From NCBI GenBank assembly GCA_024638505.1, contig JAHEKE010000018.1:6078-70077 (forward strand): 64,000 nt of DNA. Direction: 5' to 3'. Position 1 is the stretch's first letter, and every line of letters begins with the position of its first letter. Of this stretch, positions 19,848-29,514 are shown piece after piece. The notes under the pieces were generated by a model. It searched no databases and was not told the DNA's origin. It saw only the letters and a program-made list of their open reading frames with translations. Made by a program: the position numbers and the translations under genes. Source of the stretch: Gammaproteobacteria bacterium. Its GTDB lineage: Bacteria; Pseudomonadota; Gammaproteobacteria; Arenicellales; JAANXG01.

Positions 19848-22097
19848 TCAAGTTACTTGCTGGATAAGGTAGATTGGGCTAGACCAGATAACATGCCCGT
19901 CTTCCTGGGTGAGGCAGATATAGAGCGCATCATCCTGCCCGCGCTGTAGCGGAATTCGGCGCTCAAGACGTAGCCTGGTCTGCAGGTTCTCATCAGGCAT
20001 GCGAAATATCCTAACGCGTCGACTTATTCCTCCCGCGTCGTAAATCAGATCGTCACGCCCAATGTTTTTTATTGGGATCTCTGCCTCGACCAGCGGCGTG
20101 TCGATTGTTAGCGTACCTTCATCAGGCTCTGCAAGCCAGGCTTCGAACCCGCCGAAGCCGCCTGTTGTCAATGCTTCCCATGCAACCTGGTGGGAGGTCT
20201 GTTCAAATTTTTTATCAAGGTTGTAACGGTTGATAGGTTTGACCTGCATAAAAGCGTTTCCTGACAGGTTGGCAGCACCATCCCAAATGGTTTCTCTGCC
20301 GCGGCCGCGATACTCCGAACCTTCCCAGATAACCCTTATACGGCGACCCAGTTCCTCCTCCGTGTAAGGCCGGAATATCTCCAACACTTGCGTACCATTG
20401 CGTATTTCAATGCGCTCTACAGGCGCCGAGGCGTGGACATCAATTAACAGCGTAACTTCGCGCTCAGCGCATTGCGCAATATCCCCCATCATGGCTGTTT
20501 TTGCCGGATTGCTCTGCATCGAGCCAAGGTGGGGATCATCCTCGAATACCTGCGCCATCTGTTCGAACTGGACGCGTGTGTCCAGTATCATGCGACAGCC
20601 CGTTGTGGCGTAATGATGCCGCCGCCGCAGCGCTTCGAACAACCCATCTCGAGTGAGTTCGGGAGCGAGCATGCAGGTCAGGCCACCGTAGGCACCAAAC
20701 TTGGTTGCGCCCGGATGGCTTGCCCCGGGCCGACCCTTATGACCATCTGAGTTGGCGACGATGCCTACGCGGTACCCCTGTTGTATGGCATCCTCGATTA
20801 GCCATTCGAAAGTTCCCCAGGCAGAATGTACTTCAACCGACCGCTCGAGGCGAACGCTGTGCGCAATCCTGATATCGGCGTATCTGCCACCGATATGTGC
20901 GAACACCACGCAGTCCTCATCTTTGATGGCTGAAAACAGTTCCTCCGCCGAATTTGCATCTGTATCAATATCGGATAAGTCATCAACCAGCGCATGAGAT
21001 GACCGGTGGATCTGCTGCCCTTCGCGCTTGTATAAAACGTTGCGGTCTCCACCCAGCCCGGTGTTACCCGACCATTCATAACCCGGAAATGCGATAAACC
21101 GTCCGTCCCGATTGAACTCCCGGGTCAGTTCATTCAGCTGTTGCCAGAAATGCCGGGTGATCTGAAAGTCGTTTCCCTGATGGGCAGTAGCATCGAGAAA
21201 GGCACAATCCCTCGCAAACAAATGGAAATCTCGAGCCGAATTGGTGCCAATTGTCTCCTCTGATTGACCGTGCAGGTCGCCCCAGTAAGGCCGTACTGAC
21301 ATTTTCTTGGCAATACGCATAGGATTTGACGTTGCGGTAATCTGATCTTCATTGTCTATCAGTTCAATGCATAGATTGCCTGGTGTAGTGACTTTGAGCT
21401 CCTTGATAATCAGGGAAAACGCACCGGGTGTGAATGAAACAGAATGGGGTAAACCGTCTACGGGCATACTCGCACGCAGTTTGAACTGTTGACGACATTG
21501 ATCACTGGGGTTACCCCATCGATCCTCACCTTTGAGGCAAAGGCGAAAACTATCATCGACGCACCGCTCTGTGGGTAAAACAGCTTTCCACAGAACGGGC
21601 TCACCCGGTACGATGGAAATCTCAGGCTGGTCCGGCAGCTCGACGTAGTTGTATGTAGCGATGGCATCGACCAGCACGCGGAACTCGAAGCTATGCTCAC
21701 AGAAAGTTTGTATGCGCATGCCGGGGCTGCCCTGACGAGGGTCGCCGAAGCGGACCACGATCTGGTCACCTTCGCGCAGAAACCCCCGCAAGACTTTTAT
21801 ATACAGGGTCTTATCCCAGGGTCTGATGTTCCGCTTCGTATCATACTCGAGATGCAGCACCGCTTCGTTGCTGGCCTCGGCAGTGACGTAGTTAGCTGCC
21901 GCTGGATCATCGAACTGCGGTCGTCCCATGTCACTGGCAAAGCGGTGCACGATCTTGATTGAGCCAGTATCGTCGATGCCAAAATAACCGGCCGTGTAAG
22001 TCAGGGTAAACGACTGGTAGGAACCTGCTTCAAACCGCCCCCGCGGTTCGATCTTAGCCGTACCCATTCTTTCCGGCAGGTAACGGGAGTGAGGCAT
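19848..22097 (-). CDS. DUF3604 domain protein (PHP-like metal-dependent hydrolase)
   Basis: WGDLHGQSEET, PGYEWS, EVHSAWG, NSDGHKGRPG, YATTG and WSSPI. SD AGGAGG supports a start at 22097 rather than 22292. Confidence 0.85.
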   Translation of the reverse strand: MPHSRYLPERMGTAKIEPRGRFEAGSYQSFTLTYTAGYFGIDDTGSIKIVHRFASDMGRPQFDDPAAANYVTAEASNEAVLHLEYDTKRNIRPWDKTLYIKVLRGFLREGDQIVVRFGDPRQGSPGMRIQTFCEHSFEFRVLVDAIATYNYVELPDQPEISIVPGEPVLWKAVLPTERCVDDSFRLCLKGEDRWGNPSDQCRQQFKLRASMPVDGLPHSVSFTPGAFSLIIKELKVTTPGNLCIELIDNEDQITATSNPMRIAKKMSVRPYWGDLHGQSEETIGTNSARDFHLFARDCAFLDATAHQGNDFQITRHFWQQLNELTREFNRDGRFIAFPGYEWSGNTGLGGDRNVLYKREGQQIHRSSHALVDDLSDIDTDANSAEELFSAIKDEDCVVFAHIGGRYADIRIAHSVRLERSVEVHSAWGTFEWLIEDAIQQGYRVGIVANSDGHKGRPGASHPGATKFGAYGGLTCMLAPELTRDGLFEALRRRHHYATTGCRMILDTRVQFEQMAQVFEDDPHLGSMQSNPAKTAMMGDIAQCAEREVTLLIDVHASAPVERIEIRNGTQVLEIFRPYTEEELGRRIRVIWEGSEYRGRGRETIWDGAANLSGNAFMQVKPINRYNLDKKFEQTSHQVAWEALTTGGFGGFEAWLAEPDEGTLTIDTPLVEAEIPIKNIGRDDLIYDAGGISRRVRIFRMPDENLQTRLRLERRIPLQRGQDDALYICLTQEDGHVIWSSPIYLIQQVT

Positions 22098-22366
22098 TGA
22101 TTTAGGATCCTCCTGGCAAACGTTCGATGTCACGTCCAGGGACGGCTGCAAACTGTGCCCTGTGCCAAGTCCGGGCAAGAAAACCATACCATACATCCGG
22201 ACAGGTGTACTGATACGCACAGAGGGGCTGGTTTTTACATAAAATGAGGGAGATGTGACAGCGTGCGGGGCGGGGTGTGCCGGAACTGACAAAAAGAGTT
22301 TTTAAAAAAGCATAGCGTTCAATCAGATGTAAGCAGGCTTATTGCTGGAAGCCGGAGCACCATCCT

Positions 22367-22678
22367 TCAGCCACAATGCAGGATAAGGCAAGCGTAGCTG
22401 AATAGGCCCCATGATCTATGATTGCCCAGGCGCATGACTCTTGCTTTGATTTTCAAAGGCTCTGTATCTGCAGCCTCCGGCGGCATGGCGATCTCGATTT
22501 CCTGGTCCATTTTTAGCTTACGTCTGGTCATTAAATACAGTCCGGTATAGTTAATGTTTTCGAGATGAGCGTTTTCGTACTCGTCGCCCTGCGGTTCGCT
22601 GTATAAATAGACGCGGGTTCGCAGTTCACAGCGAATGGTTTCTCGTCGCTCAATTTGTAGTTTGTCCATGTCGATCAT
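22367..22678 (-). CDS. Stand-alone PilZ domain protein
   Basis: ERRETIR (RxxxR) and NINYTG (variant of D/NxSxxG); beta-barrel pattern. Confidence 0.8.
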   Translation of the reverse strand: MIDMDKLQIERRETIRCELRTRVYLYSEPQGDEYENAHLENINYTGLYLMTRRKLKMDQEIEIAMPPEAADTEPLKIKARVMRLGNHRSWGLFSYACLILHCG

Positions 22679-22731
22679 TCCACTTTACAGCTTCGACTTG
22701 AAAAAACGCTTCGGTATTCTGCGCCGGATTA

Positions 22732-22747
22732 TCGAAACCGGTTTCGA
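22732..22747. promoter_or_regulatory. Perfect 16-bp palindrome, LacI-type operator-like
   Basis: TCGAAACCGGTTTCGA, about 55 bp upstream of the PilZ gene. Confidence 0.4.
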
Positions 22748-23320
22748 CGACTTCACCTGCGCTTGCGTATTTCCGAATGCGCACAGCGCACCTTGAGGAA
22801 GTAAGGGGAGCAGCTGTAAGAATACGTAAAAACTCCCAACTGGTCATGGCAGTCGATCAACCTCCCCCGATGCGTAGGGCGCTCCTAACAAAAAGTGTCT
22901 CCTTTGATTTTACGTTTCCCATACCCCGTCTAATCGCGGAGATTTGGGCAAAATTACAGCCTAATGGATGTTTCCCCTTTGGCAAGCCGGTAACCTGCTG
23001 ACGCGCGGCGTTTTTTATCTTCGTATTTGCCCGCCACAAGTAAAACTGCAAGATAAAAAGCGAGACCCATTAACCAAACGCCGTTGGCCTGTAAAAACGT
23101 AAAGATTGATTCGAACACTACTGATAACCCCCCACAGGTATGTGATGCGGCTATAGCTTACAACAGATTAGCAGCTAGTGACAGTGAAATTTGGAGGTAG
23201 GCTAGTTGAACTGCGCATCAGAGGTACATGCGGATGGCGGTAAAATTCCATAATTCATTCATATTATCAATACTGAAAGTTTACTCACTTAGGTGATTCC
23301 TCTGGTGCTTGTGGCGGGTC

Positions 23321-23372
23321 TAAACCGGCGAGGCGCGCTCCTGCAAGAGGAGAACGGCTCTCGCCCTGTTTA
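23321..23372 (-). terminator. Long imperfect hairpin downstream of the dodecin gene
   Basis: Nested arms TAAAC/GTTTA, GGCGAG/CTCGCC and CTCCT/AGGAG. Confidence 0.4.
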
Positions 23373-23425
23373 AACATGGATTTCAATGAGGATTACAAGT
23401 TGCTATGAATATAGCCACTCGCCCA

Positions 23426-23629
23426 TCAACCTTCTAGAACGAAGGTGACTTTGAGCTTTACCCGGTAACTTTTAATTTTACCGTCGCGTATCGTAACTTC
23501 CTGATCCTGGATCCAGGCTCCGGTGAGGTTTTTTAACGTTTTATTGGCACGTTTGATTCCTTCCTCGATGGCATCTTCGAATCCTTTTTTTGATTCTGAC
23601 GTAATTTCGGTAACTCGTGCTACGGACAT
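23426..23629 (-). CDS. Dodecin family flavin-binding protein
   Basis: VTEITSES..FEDAI..GI.RA.KTL...AW...YRV.LKVTFVL; SD AAGGAG. Confidence 0.93.
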   Translation of the reverse strand: MSVARVTEITSESKKGFEDAIEEGIKRANKTLKNLTGAWIQDQEVTIRDGKIKSYRVKLKVTFVLEG

Positions 23630-23917
23630 AGTGTCTGCTCCTTTTATTCAACTAGTAACATCGCGTATTGCGCGATCGGATTAATAACAAGTATTAGCGT
23701 GAGATTTAATCGTATCACTTAAATCTTTAACGGGCTTAGTTTTTAAAGACTTGTTTTGTAACGCTTGCAATAATAACGTTACCGAACCAAAACAAAGCAC
23801 GGCACTGGCTACGGCTTTCAGTTTGAATATACAGCCCCACATGCACCGGTATAAACCGGCAATGACCAAGATGTTTTGTGACAAACGCAAAACCCGCACT
23901 GCAGATGGTAACTGCTA

Positions 23918-25033
23918 ATGGCCACCGGCTCAAAAAAAGCAGTCATTTACGCAATATTTGGTAACGGTATTGTCACTTTACTCAAATTCGGTGCGGCCTT
24001 CGTCACGCACTCAGCAGCCATGATGAACGAAGCGGTGCACAGCATGATGGATACCGCTAATCAGGTGTTTCTATTAATGGGTTTAATTCGAGGAGGACAG
24101 CCTGCGGATAGACAATATGCCTTCGGTCACGGGCAGAAAAAATATCTTTGGAACCTTTGGAGTGCCATCGGTTTGTTCTCAATCGGTTGTGGACTGGGAC
24201 TGGCTCATGCGTGGCATGCTTATCATCAACTGCAAACAGTAGAACGACCCAGTTCCGTTTTTATCCTGGGCCTTGCAGTCGATCCGATTTGGGTATTGGC
24301 AGTGGTTCTGATGATCTCTCTCGTTCTCGAGGGCTACGTGCTGCTGATAGCCGGACGGGTATTTCTAGCCCGCATGCGGGCAGGAGGCCACCGCGGCATG
24401 TTGAAGTATGTATTCAGTGCTGACGACCCGACTTTGATCGCCGTGTTGCTGGAGGACACGATCGCGGTAACGGGCGTGGGTTTAGCGGCAGCTGGGATCG
24501 GTCTTAGTTACCTAACCAGCAACCCTTTGTGGGATATCGGGTTTTCCGTTGTAATTGCGTTGATGCTTGGATTTACTGCATTTTTCCTGGGCATGGTTAA
24601 CATGCGATATCTGACCAACGTGCGCGACCATGACGCGGAGCTGGCCTTCCAGGAAATCGTGGCGGCACAGCAGGAAGTTGATCGATATCACGACTTGCGT
24701 TCGGTTATCGTCGATGAAAACCACACCGTGGTAGTGGCGGAAGTCGAGTTGCGCGAAGAGGTGATGATTATCGGCATGCAGGACCGCATACTGGCGCATG
24801 AGCGCGCGCTCCTAGAGCGGATTCCCCGAAAAAGGCGACAGGAGGAGAAGCTGCGGGAGTACATTGCCACACGCGCGCTTGTTCAAGCAACGCTAGAACG
24901 CACCGAGGAAATCATTGACGAGTTGGAGGCGAAGCTTAAAACAAGATGCCCACAGGTTTTCCACCTAACCGTTGAAGTGGAAGGCATCGCGGAACCGGCA
25001 ACACCGGCTCATGCCGCGTCATCCTCGGTGTAA
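23918..25033 (+). CDS. Cation diffusion facilitator (CDF) transporter
   Basis: EAVHSMMD (HxxxD), FGHGQ and VLLED; about 6 TM and C-terminal HLTVEVE. Confidence 0.9.
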   Translation: MATGSKKAVIYAIFGNGIVTLLKFGAAFVTHSAAMMNEAVHSMMDTANQVFLLMGLIRGGQPADRQYAFGHGQKKYLWNLWSAIGLFSIGCGLGLAHAWHAYHQLQTVERPSSVFILGLAVDPIWVLAVVLMISLVLEGYVLLIAGRVFLARMRAGGHRGMLKYVFSADDPTLIAVLLEDTIAVTGVGLAAAGIGLSYLTSNPLWDIGFSVVIALMLGFTAFFLGMVNMRYLTNVRDHDAELAFQEIVAAQQEVDRYHDLRSVIVDENHTVVVAEVELREEVMIIGMQDRILAHERALLERIPRKRRQEEKLREYIATRALVQATLERTEEIIDELEAKLKTRCPQVFHLTVEVEGIAEPATPAHAASSSV

Positions 25034-25042
25034 AAATGTCGA

Positions 25043-25645
25043 TCAGTCTACACCATATAATGCCCAGCTTTCGACGCCGGTCAACACCCATCGCAGACGT
25101 ATGGAGAGAGAAATCAACAATCCGCCAATCAACAGTGTGCCTGCAGCGATAATCCAGGAGATGGTGACTATACCGGTATCCGGCCAGATGATCAGAACCA
25201 GTCCAACAACCGCCGCGGCCACTCCAGTTTTGATGGCCAGCCCACGACCGGGGACGATCGGATCTGACCGGCGTCCAGCGGAAAAGAGTATCGCACCCTG
25301 AAACAGGGCCCAAAAACCGACCACCATCATCAGTAACTGACCTGTGACGTCGGGCCAGAACAGCAGTATTAAGCCAATCGCCACGCTGACCAGCCCTGGG
25401 GGCAGGTAAGCGCCGAATATCCGGCTGCGCACAGTACTCAATAGGCTTATAGCGCCGTCGAATAGCACGTACAGACCGATAAGGCGGACTAACAGAGCCA
25501 GCGTTGCTTGAGGCCAGAGGAGCGCAGCGAGCCCAAGGGCTAAAGCAAGCACGCCACGAATGAGCAACAACCACCAGGGCTCGCCGAACTTGTTGCCAAT
25601 CCGGATGCCGCGCGCGCGCCTTACTTGTCTTTCGTCTAAAGCCAT
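25043..25645 (-). CDS. HdeD/DUF308 family membrane protein
   Basis: WWLLLIRGVLALALG..ALLWP repeated helical hairpins. Confidence 0.85.
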   Translation of the reverse strand: MALDERQVRRARGIRIGNKFGEPWWLLLIRGVLALALGLAALLWPQATLALLVRLIGLYVLFDGAISLLSTVRSRIFGAYLPPGLVSVAIGLILLFWPDVTGQLLMMVVGFWALFQGAILFSAGRRSDPIVPGRGLAIKTGVAAAVVGLVLIIWPDTGIVTISWIIAAGTLLIGGLLISLSIRLRWVLTGVESWALYGVD

Positions 25646-25749
25646 GGAGTCTAAATCCGGCGCGGCTTCTTTCTGCAGGACAAAAGCTTGGATGATTGTT
25701 CTGCCTTTAAGTTTGCAGTGTACATTTTAACTTTTTGCATGCAACGAAT

Positions 25750-25765
25750 CGGCATGAGCCTTGCT
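25750..25765 (+). promoter_or_regulatory. Putative sigma54 (-24/-12) promoter
   Basis: CGGCATGAGCCTTGCT has GG-N10-GC spacing and closely matches TGGCACGN4TTGCW. Confidence 0.5.
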
Positions 25766-25785
25766 ATTTGGTTAGACTAGCTCAA

Positions 25786-27615
25786 ATGAGAAGGGCATGT
25801 TTGGTTTTTTGCCTATTGCTTAGTGTAAGTGTCAAGTTGGCGCATGCGGAGGAACAGTATTCCCAAGCGTTGGCTTTAGTACGCAGTACGTGCACGGAAA
25901 GTTTGCCTGAGGAAATCGCGCGTAGTATGGGAATATCAGTGCAAACCTCGGCTGATGTAGTGCTCCGCGGACAGGTTGTTGGATGGCGCGCAAGCTTTAC
26001 GTCTGGTACTAGTAGCTTTCTGCTGCAGCGACTGGCGCCCGGCAATCGTTTTCGCGGCGCACGGTTGGAATGGTGGCGGAATCAAAGAGCCGAACTGGCT
26101 CTGACGGTGGGAAATGATTGCCAGCTGCAAATCGCTCGGCGCATGCACTACGACAAGCACGGGCAGGCCAGTGCGGTCATCCATCTGGACCGTCAACTTA
26201 ATCACACCCCGATCAGGGACCTGCTGAATCCACCCGTTCCTTCATCGAAAGCGCCGAAGGGCGTTGCAATAGCCATCATCGATTCCGGTGTTAATTACAC
26301 TCTTGCAGAAATCAATCAGCGCCTGGCGCGCGGTAAGAACGGTCTAGTTCTGGGCTACGATTTCTGGGATCTTGATCGGAGACCGTTTGATAGTAACCCG
26401 GATCGCTCTCCGTTTTTTCCACGAAGGCACGGCACCCGCACCGCAAGCCTGGTTATACGGGAGAACCCAGACGCGGTGCTTGTGCCGTATCGCTATCCGC
26501 GGCCCGACATGTCGCGTATGCGCGACCTGCTGGAAGACTTAAAAAATCGAGGCATAAAAATTGTGGCAATGCCTTTAGGTTCTAAACGAAAATCGGAGTG
26601 GGAGGTATTTGCCGAAGCAGCACAGAGGTTAAACCACATATTGTTTGTGGTGTCAGCGGGCAATAATGGTGTGAACATTGACTTCAATCCAATCTATCCC
26701 GCTGGCCTTAACCTGGAAAACATGATTGTGGTTACGTCTGCGGACGACAGCGGGAGACCGGCAGAGGGCAGCAACTGGGGCCAGCGATTGGTAGACCTAC
26801 TGGTACCGGCAGAGAATCAAAAGGTTACCGATTTCGATGGCAGCGAAATTCATGTATCCGGGTCGAGTTACGCCGCTAGCCGCATCGCTGCTATGGCGGC
26901 AAGGATTCTGCAGCAACACCCGCGTTGGCGAGCTGCGGAATTGAAACAGGCAATTTTTAATCGCGCTGTGCAGGACGGATCCAATGAATGGGCAGGGGTG
27001 GGACTCCTGCCAGACCCGCAAGCGCAGATGGGTGAAGTCTTAATGATCGGTTACCAAGGAATGGACCGCAGCGCAGTACAGCATGGATATGAATTAAGCC
27101 TGAGCATTGTGCGCTTAGAGGATTCAGGCTGGCGTGATACAGACATACCGGTAATGACAAATGAGCTTCGCGCTATATTCAGTCAGTGCAAAATTGGTTT
27201 ATCCGAAGTGCGCTACTATACGCTGCAGGTTGCGCCGAGACTGTTAGATTTCGACGCAATGACGGCACACACATTGACCGAGCAAATTGATGTCTCCACC
27301 CCGACTGTTTATCTGGTCCGCGACACCCTGCGACGGCCGGCTTATGATGGAGAAGCGTTCGGTCAGGCAAATACGCAGCGACTGCCGTGGCTGCGGGACT
27401 CGGTCTGGCTGACGGCGGGTATGACGGAACCGGGTGCGGGTTTGGCCCATGAGCTTTTTCATGTTTTAACTAACTCGGGCGCGCATGTTGCGGAGCAAGG
27501 CAATCTCATGCAGGAGAGAACGCAGCCAGGCGTATCCTATTTGAGCGATATGCAGTGCCGCCAGGCGATAGAAAGGGGCAGTGCAAGCGGACTACTTATA
27601 CAACGAGTTAACTAA
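25786..27615 (+). CDS. Secreted S8 subtilase fused to a C-terminal zinc metallopeptidase-like domain
   Basis: Signal peptide ending AHA; IIDSG, HGT, SAGN and SGSSYA; C-terminal HELFHVLTNSGAH...NLM. Confidence 0.85.
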   Translation: MRRACLVFCLLLSVSVKLAHAEEQYSQALALVRSTCTESLPEEIARSMGISVQTSADVVLRGQVVGWRASFTSGTSSFLLQRLAPGNRFRGARLEWWRNQRAELALTVGNDCQLQIARRMHYDKHGQASAVIHLDRQLNHTPIRDLLNPPVPSSKAPKGVAIAIIDSGVNYTLAEINQRLARGKNGLVLGYDFWDLDRRPFDSNPDRSPFFPRRHGTRTASLVIRENPDAVLVPYRYPRPDMSRMRDLLEDLKNRGIKIVAMPLGSKRKSEWEVFAEAAQRLNHILFVVSAGNNGVNIDFNPIYPAGLNLENMIVVTSADDSGRPAEGSNWGQRLVDLLVPAENQKVTDFDGSEIHVSGSSYAASRIAAMAARILQQHPRWRAAELKQAIFNRAVQDGSNEWAGVGLLPDPQAQMGEVLMIGYQGMDRSAVQHGYELSLSIVRLEDSGWRDTDIPVMTNELRAIFSQCKIGLSEVRYYTLQVAPRLLDFDAMTAHTLTEQIDVSTPTVYLVRDTLRRPAYDGEAFGQANTQRLPWLRDSVWLTAGMTEPGAGLAHELFHVLTNSGAHVAEQGNLMQERTQPGVSYLSDMQCRQAIERGSASGLLIQRVN

Positions 27616-27636
27616 AGAGTTTGTTCTGCAGTTCTG

Positions 27637-28770
27637 TCAGGCACCAGGCGAGCGGTAACTGGACATGAATTTTGGTGCGATTTTTTTCAAGCGCTCTTCA
27701 TCCACTCGTCCGGTCCGGGTCATGTAGCTGCACGCGAAATCGCGTGGTTCCAAACTTCTCACTAGTACGGACATCTGTTCGTACCATCGGGCGCTGCGTT
27801 TGGCGGCATTAACCAGTTTGCGCACGACCGGTTGCCGAATTTTTTGGTAGTCTTTTAAAGCCGTCGCCAGGTTGTTGGGGAAAGCCTTTATGGACTTGAA
27901 CAAAGCGTTAGCATCTTCCATTGCGAGTCTTGTCCCTGATCCAATTGAAAAATGTGCGGTGTGCGCAGCATCACCGAGTAGAACAAGGTTGCCTGCACTC
28001 CAGCACTCATTCCAAATCTGGGGAAATCGGCGCCACGTGGAAAAGTTGGATATCAGAGGGCGGCCTTCGAGATCGGAGGCAAAAACTCTCTCGCAGTAGT
28101 CTCTGGTTGCTTGTGCACTTAGATTTTCAAATCCTGCATTGTTGAATGTTGCTGCATCAGTTTCGATGATAAAAGTGCTCATTTTTTTATTGTAGGGATA
28201 ATGGTGCGCACAGAACACGCCGTCTGCATTTTCACGAAAGGTTAGGCTGAGGCAGTCAAATAGTTTGGTTGTGCCGTACCATATAAATGGGTTTTTCAGT
28301 CGCGACTCTGTGCTGCCCAAGGTGCTGGCGTATACTCGTCGCAGTGCAGAGCTAACTCCGTCCGCGGCGACTACAAGGTCTGCTTTATGCTGATCAAGTG
28401 GTGATTGGAACAAGGCGCTGTTAAAAGACAGTTGAACACCAACTTGTTCACATCGGCGTTGCAGCAGTTGCAGCAGCTCGAGTCGACCGATTGCGGCAAG
28501 ACCGATGCCGTCGATCAGCATAACTTGATCTTTGTGCACAATTTTGAGGTCAGGCCATGATTCTAAATGAGGTTTAAGATAGCGGTAGGTGTCCTCATCA
28601 TCATGGCGAAGAAACTCAAGCGCGTTGTCGGAAAAAACTACCCCAAAACCAAAAGTAGCGTCGCGTGAGTTACGTTCGAATACGCGTATCTGAAATTCCG
28701 GATGGTCCCGTTGCAGTAAATACGAAAAATAAAGTCCGGCGGGACCTCCGCCAACCACCGTAACTTTCAT
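27637..28770 (-). CDS. FAD-dependent monooxygenase (like the monooxygenase domain of salicylyl-/anthraniloyl-CoA monooxygenases)
   Basis: GGGPAG, ATFGFGVVFSD, AADG and GDAAHTAHFSIGSGTRLAMED. Confidence 0.88.
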   Translation of the reverse strand: MKVTVVGGGPAGLYFSYLLQRDHPEFQIRVFERNSRDATFGFGVVFSDNALEFLRHDDEDTYRYLKPHLESWPDLKIVHKDQVMLIDGIGLAAIGRLELLQLLQRRCEQVGVQLSFNSALFQSPLDQHKADLVVAADGVSSALRRVYASTLGSTESRLKNPFIWYGTTKLFDCLSLTFRENADGVFCAHHYPYNKKMSTFIIETDAATFNNAGFENLSAQATRDYCERVFASDLEGRPLISNFSTWRRFPQIWNECWSAGNLVLLGDAAHTAHFSIGSGTRLAMEDANALFKSIKAFPNNLATALKDYQKIRQPVVRKLVNAAKRSARWYEQMSVLVRSLEPRDFACSYMTRTGRVDEERLKKIAPKFMSSYRSPGA

Positions 28771-28815
28771 CTACTGCTTTTTGCAGTTGCACGTGCAGAG
28801 TGCATATTTACAGCT

Positions 28816-29514
28816 TCAACTTTTTTTGTATCCAGCGAAACAGGGTAAACCGAATTCTTCTGGTGAGAATTCCAGTAAGCTGCCAATGATTAAGTCCGCT
28901 CCGATGTAACGCGCTCTATCCATGTTGGTGTCCGGAACCACTACAGCACGCATTCCAGCGGCTTTGGCTGCGGCCAGCCCGGAAGGGGCATCTTCAAAAA
29001 CCAGCGTTGTTTCCGGCAAAGCTCCGATGCGTTCCGCCGCACACAAAAATATATCAGGTGCGGGTTTACCTCTTTTTACACCAAGGTCGTCCGCAGTAAT
29101 GACGGCATCAAAAAGTGAAAACCATGAATGATTACGGGTTTTAACATGGAACAAATCCCGGCTAGAACTGGTGGCAACGGCGATAGGGATCGCATGCGCA
29201 CTCAGATGCCGCACTAGGTCTTTTGCACCGGGCAGCGGTTTACAGAAGGGAAAAGCTTCTCGCATCAAAACGTCTCGTTCTCTTAGATAGTCTTCAGCGC
29301 TGAGAGGTAACGCCAGAGCTTCGATTAGGTACTGGGCAGAATCTGAAGACGGTCTCCCTATCATGTTGGATTTAATAGACCAGTCGAACACCTTGCCGAA
29401 TCTGCTGACGATCTGTTGTGTCGCCCGGGTGTAGACGATTTCTGTATCCAGTAGCAGACCATCCATATCGAAAAGGACGTGTGATACGGGTTGGTGGATA
29501 TTCATCTGATTCAC
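28816..29514 (-). CDS. HAD-IA hydrolase, pseudouridine-5'-phosphatase (HDHD1/GS1)-like
   Basis: FDMDGLLLDTE, ATSS, GKPAPDIF, VFEDAPSG and F.PEEFGLP C-terminus. Confidence 0.85.
   Translation of the reverse strand: MNQMNIHQPVSHVLFDMDGLLLDTEIVYTRATQQIVSRFGKVFDWSIKSNMIGRPSSDSAQYLIEALALPLSAEDYLRERDVLMREAFPFCKPLPGAKDLVRHLSAHAIPIAVATSSSRDLFHVKTRNHSWFSLFDAVITADDLGVKRGKPAPDIFLCAAERIGALPETTLVFEDAPSGLAAAKAAGMRAVVVPDTNMDRARYIGADLIIGSLLEFSPEEFGLPCFAGYKKS

Noticed and set aside
22098-22292. 65-aa N-terminal extension of the DUF3604 protein
   Set aside because: A strong SD precedes the ATG at 22097, and the extension looks like translated promoter DNA.
22650-23051. Two in-frame minus-strand ORFs separated by a single TGA (selenocysteine readthrough or pseudogene)
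   Set aside because: The joined product resembles no family I recognise, has no redox motif, and no convincing SECIS is present.
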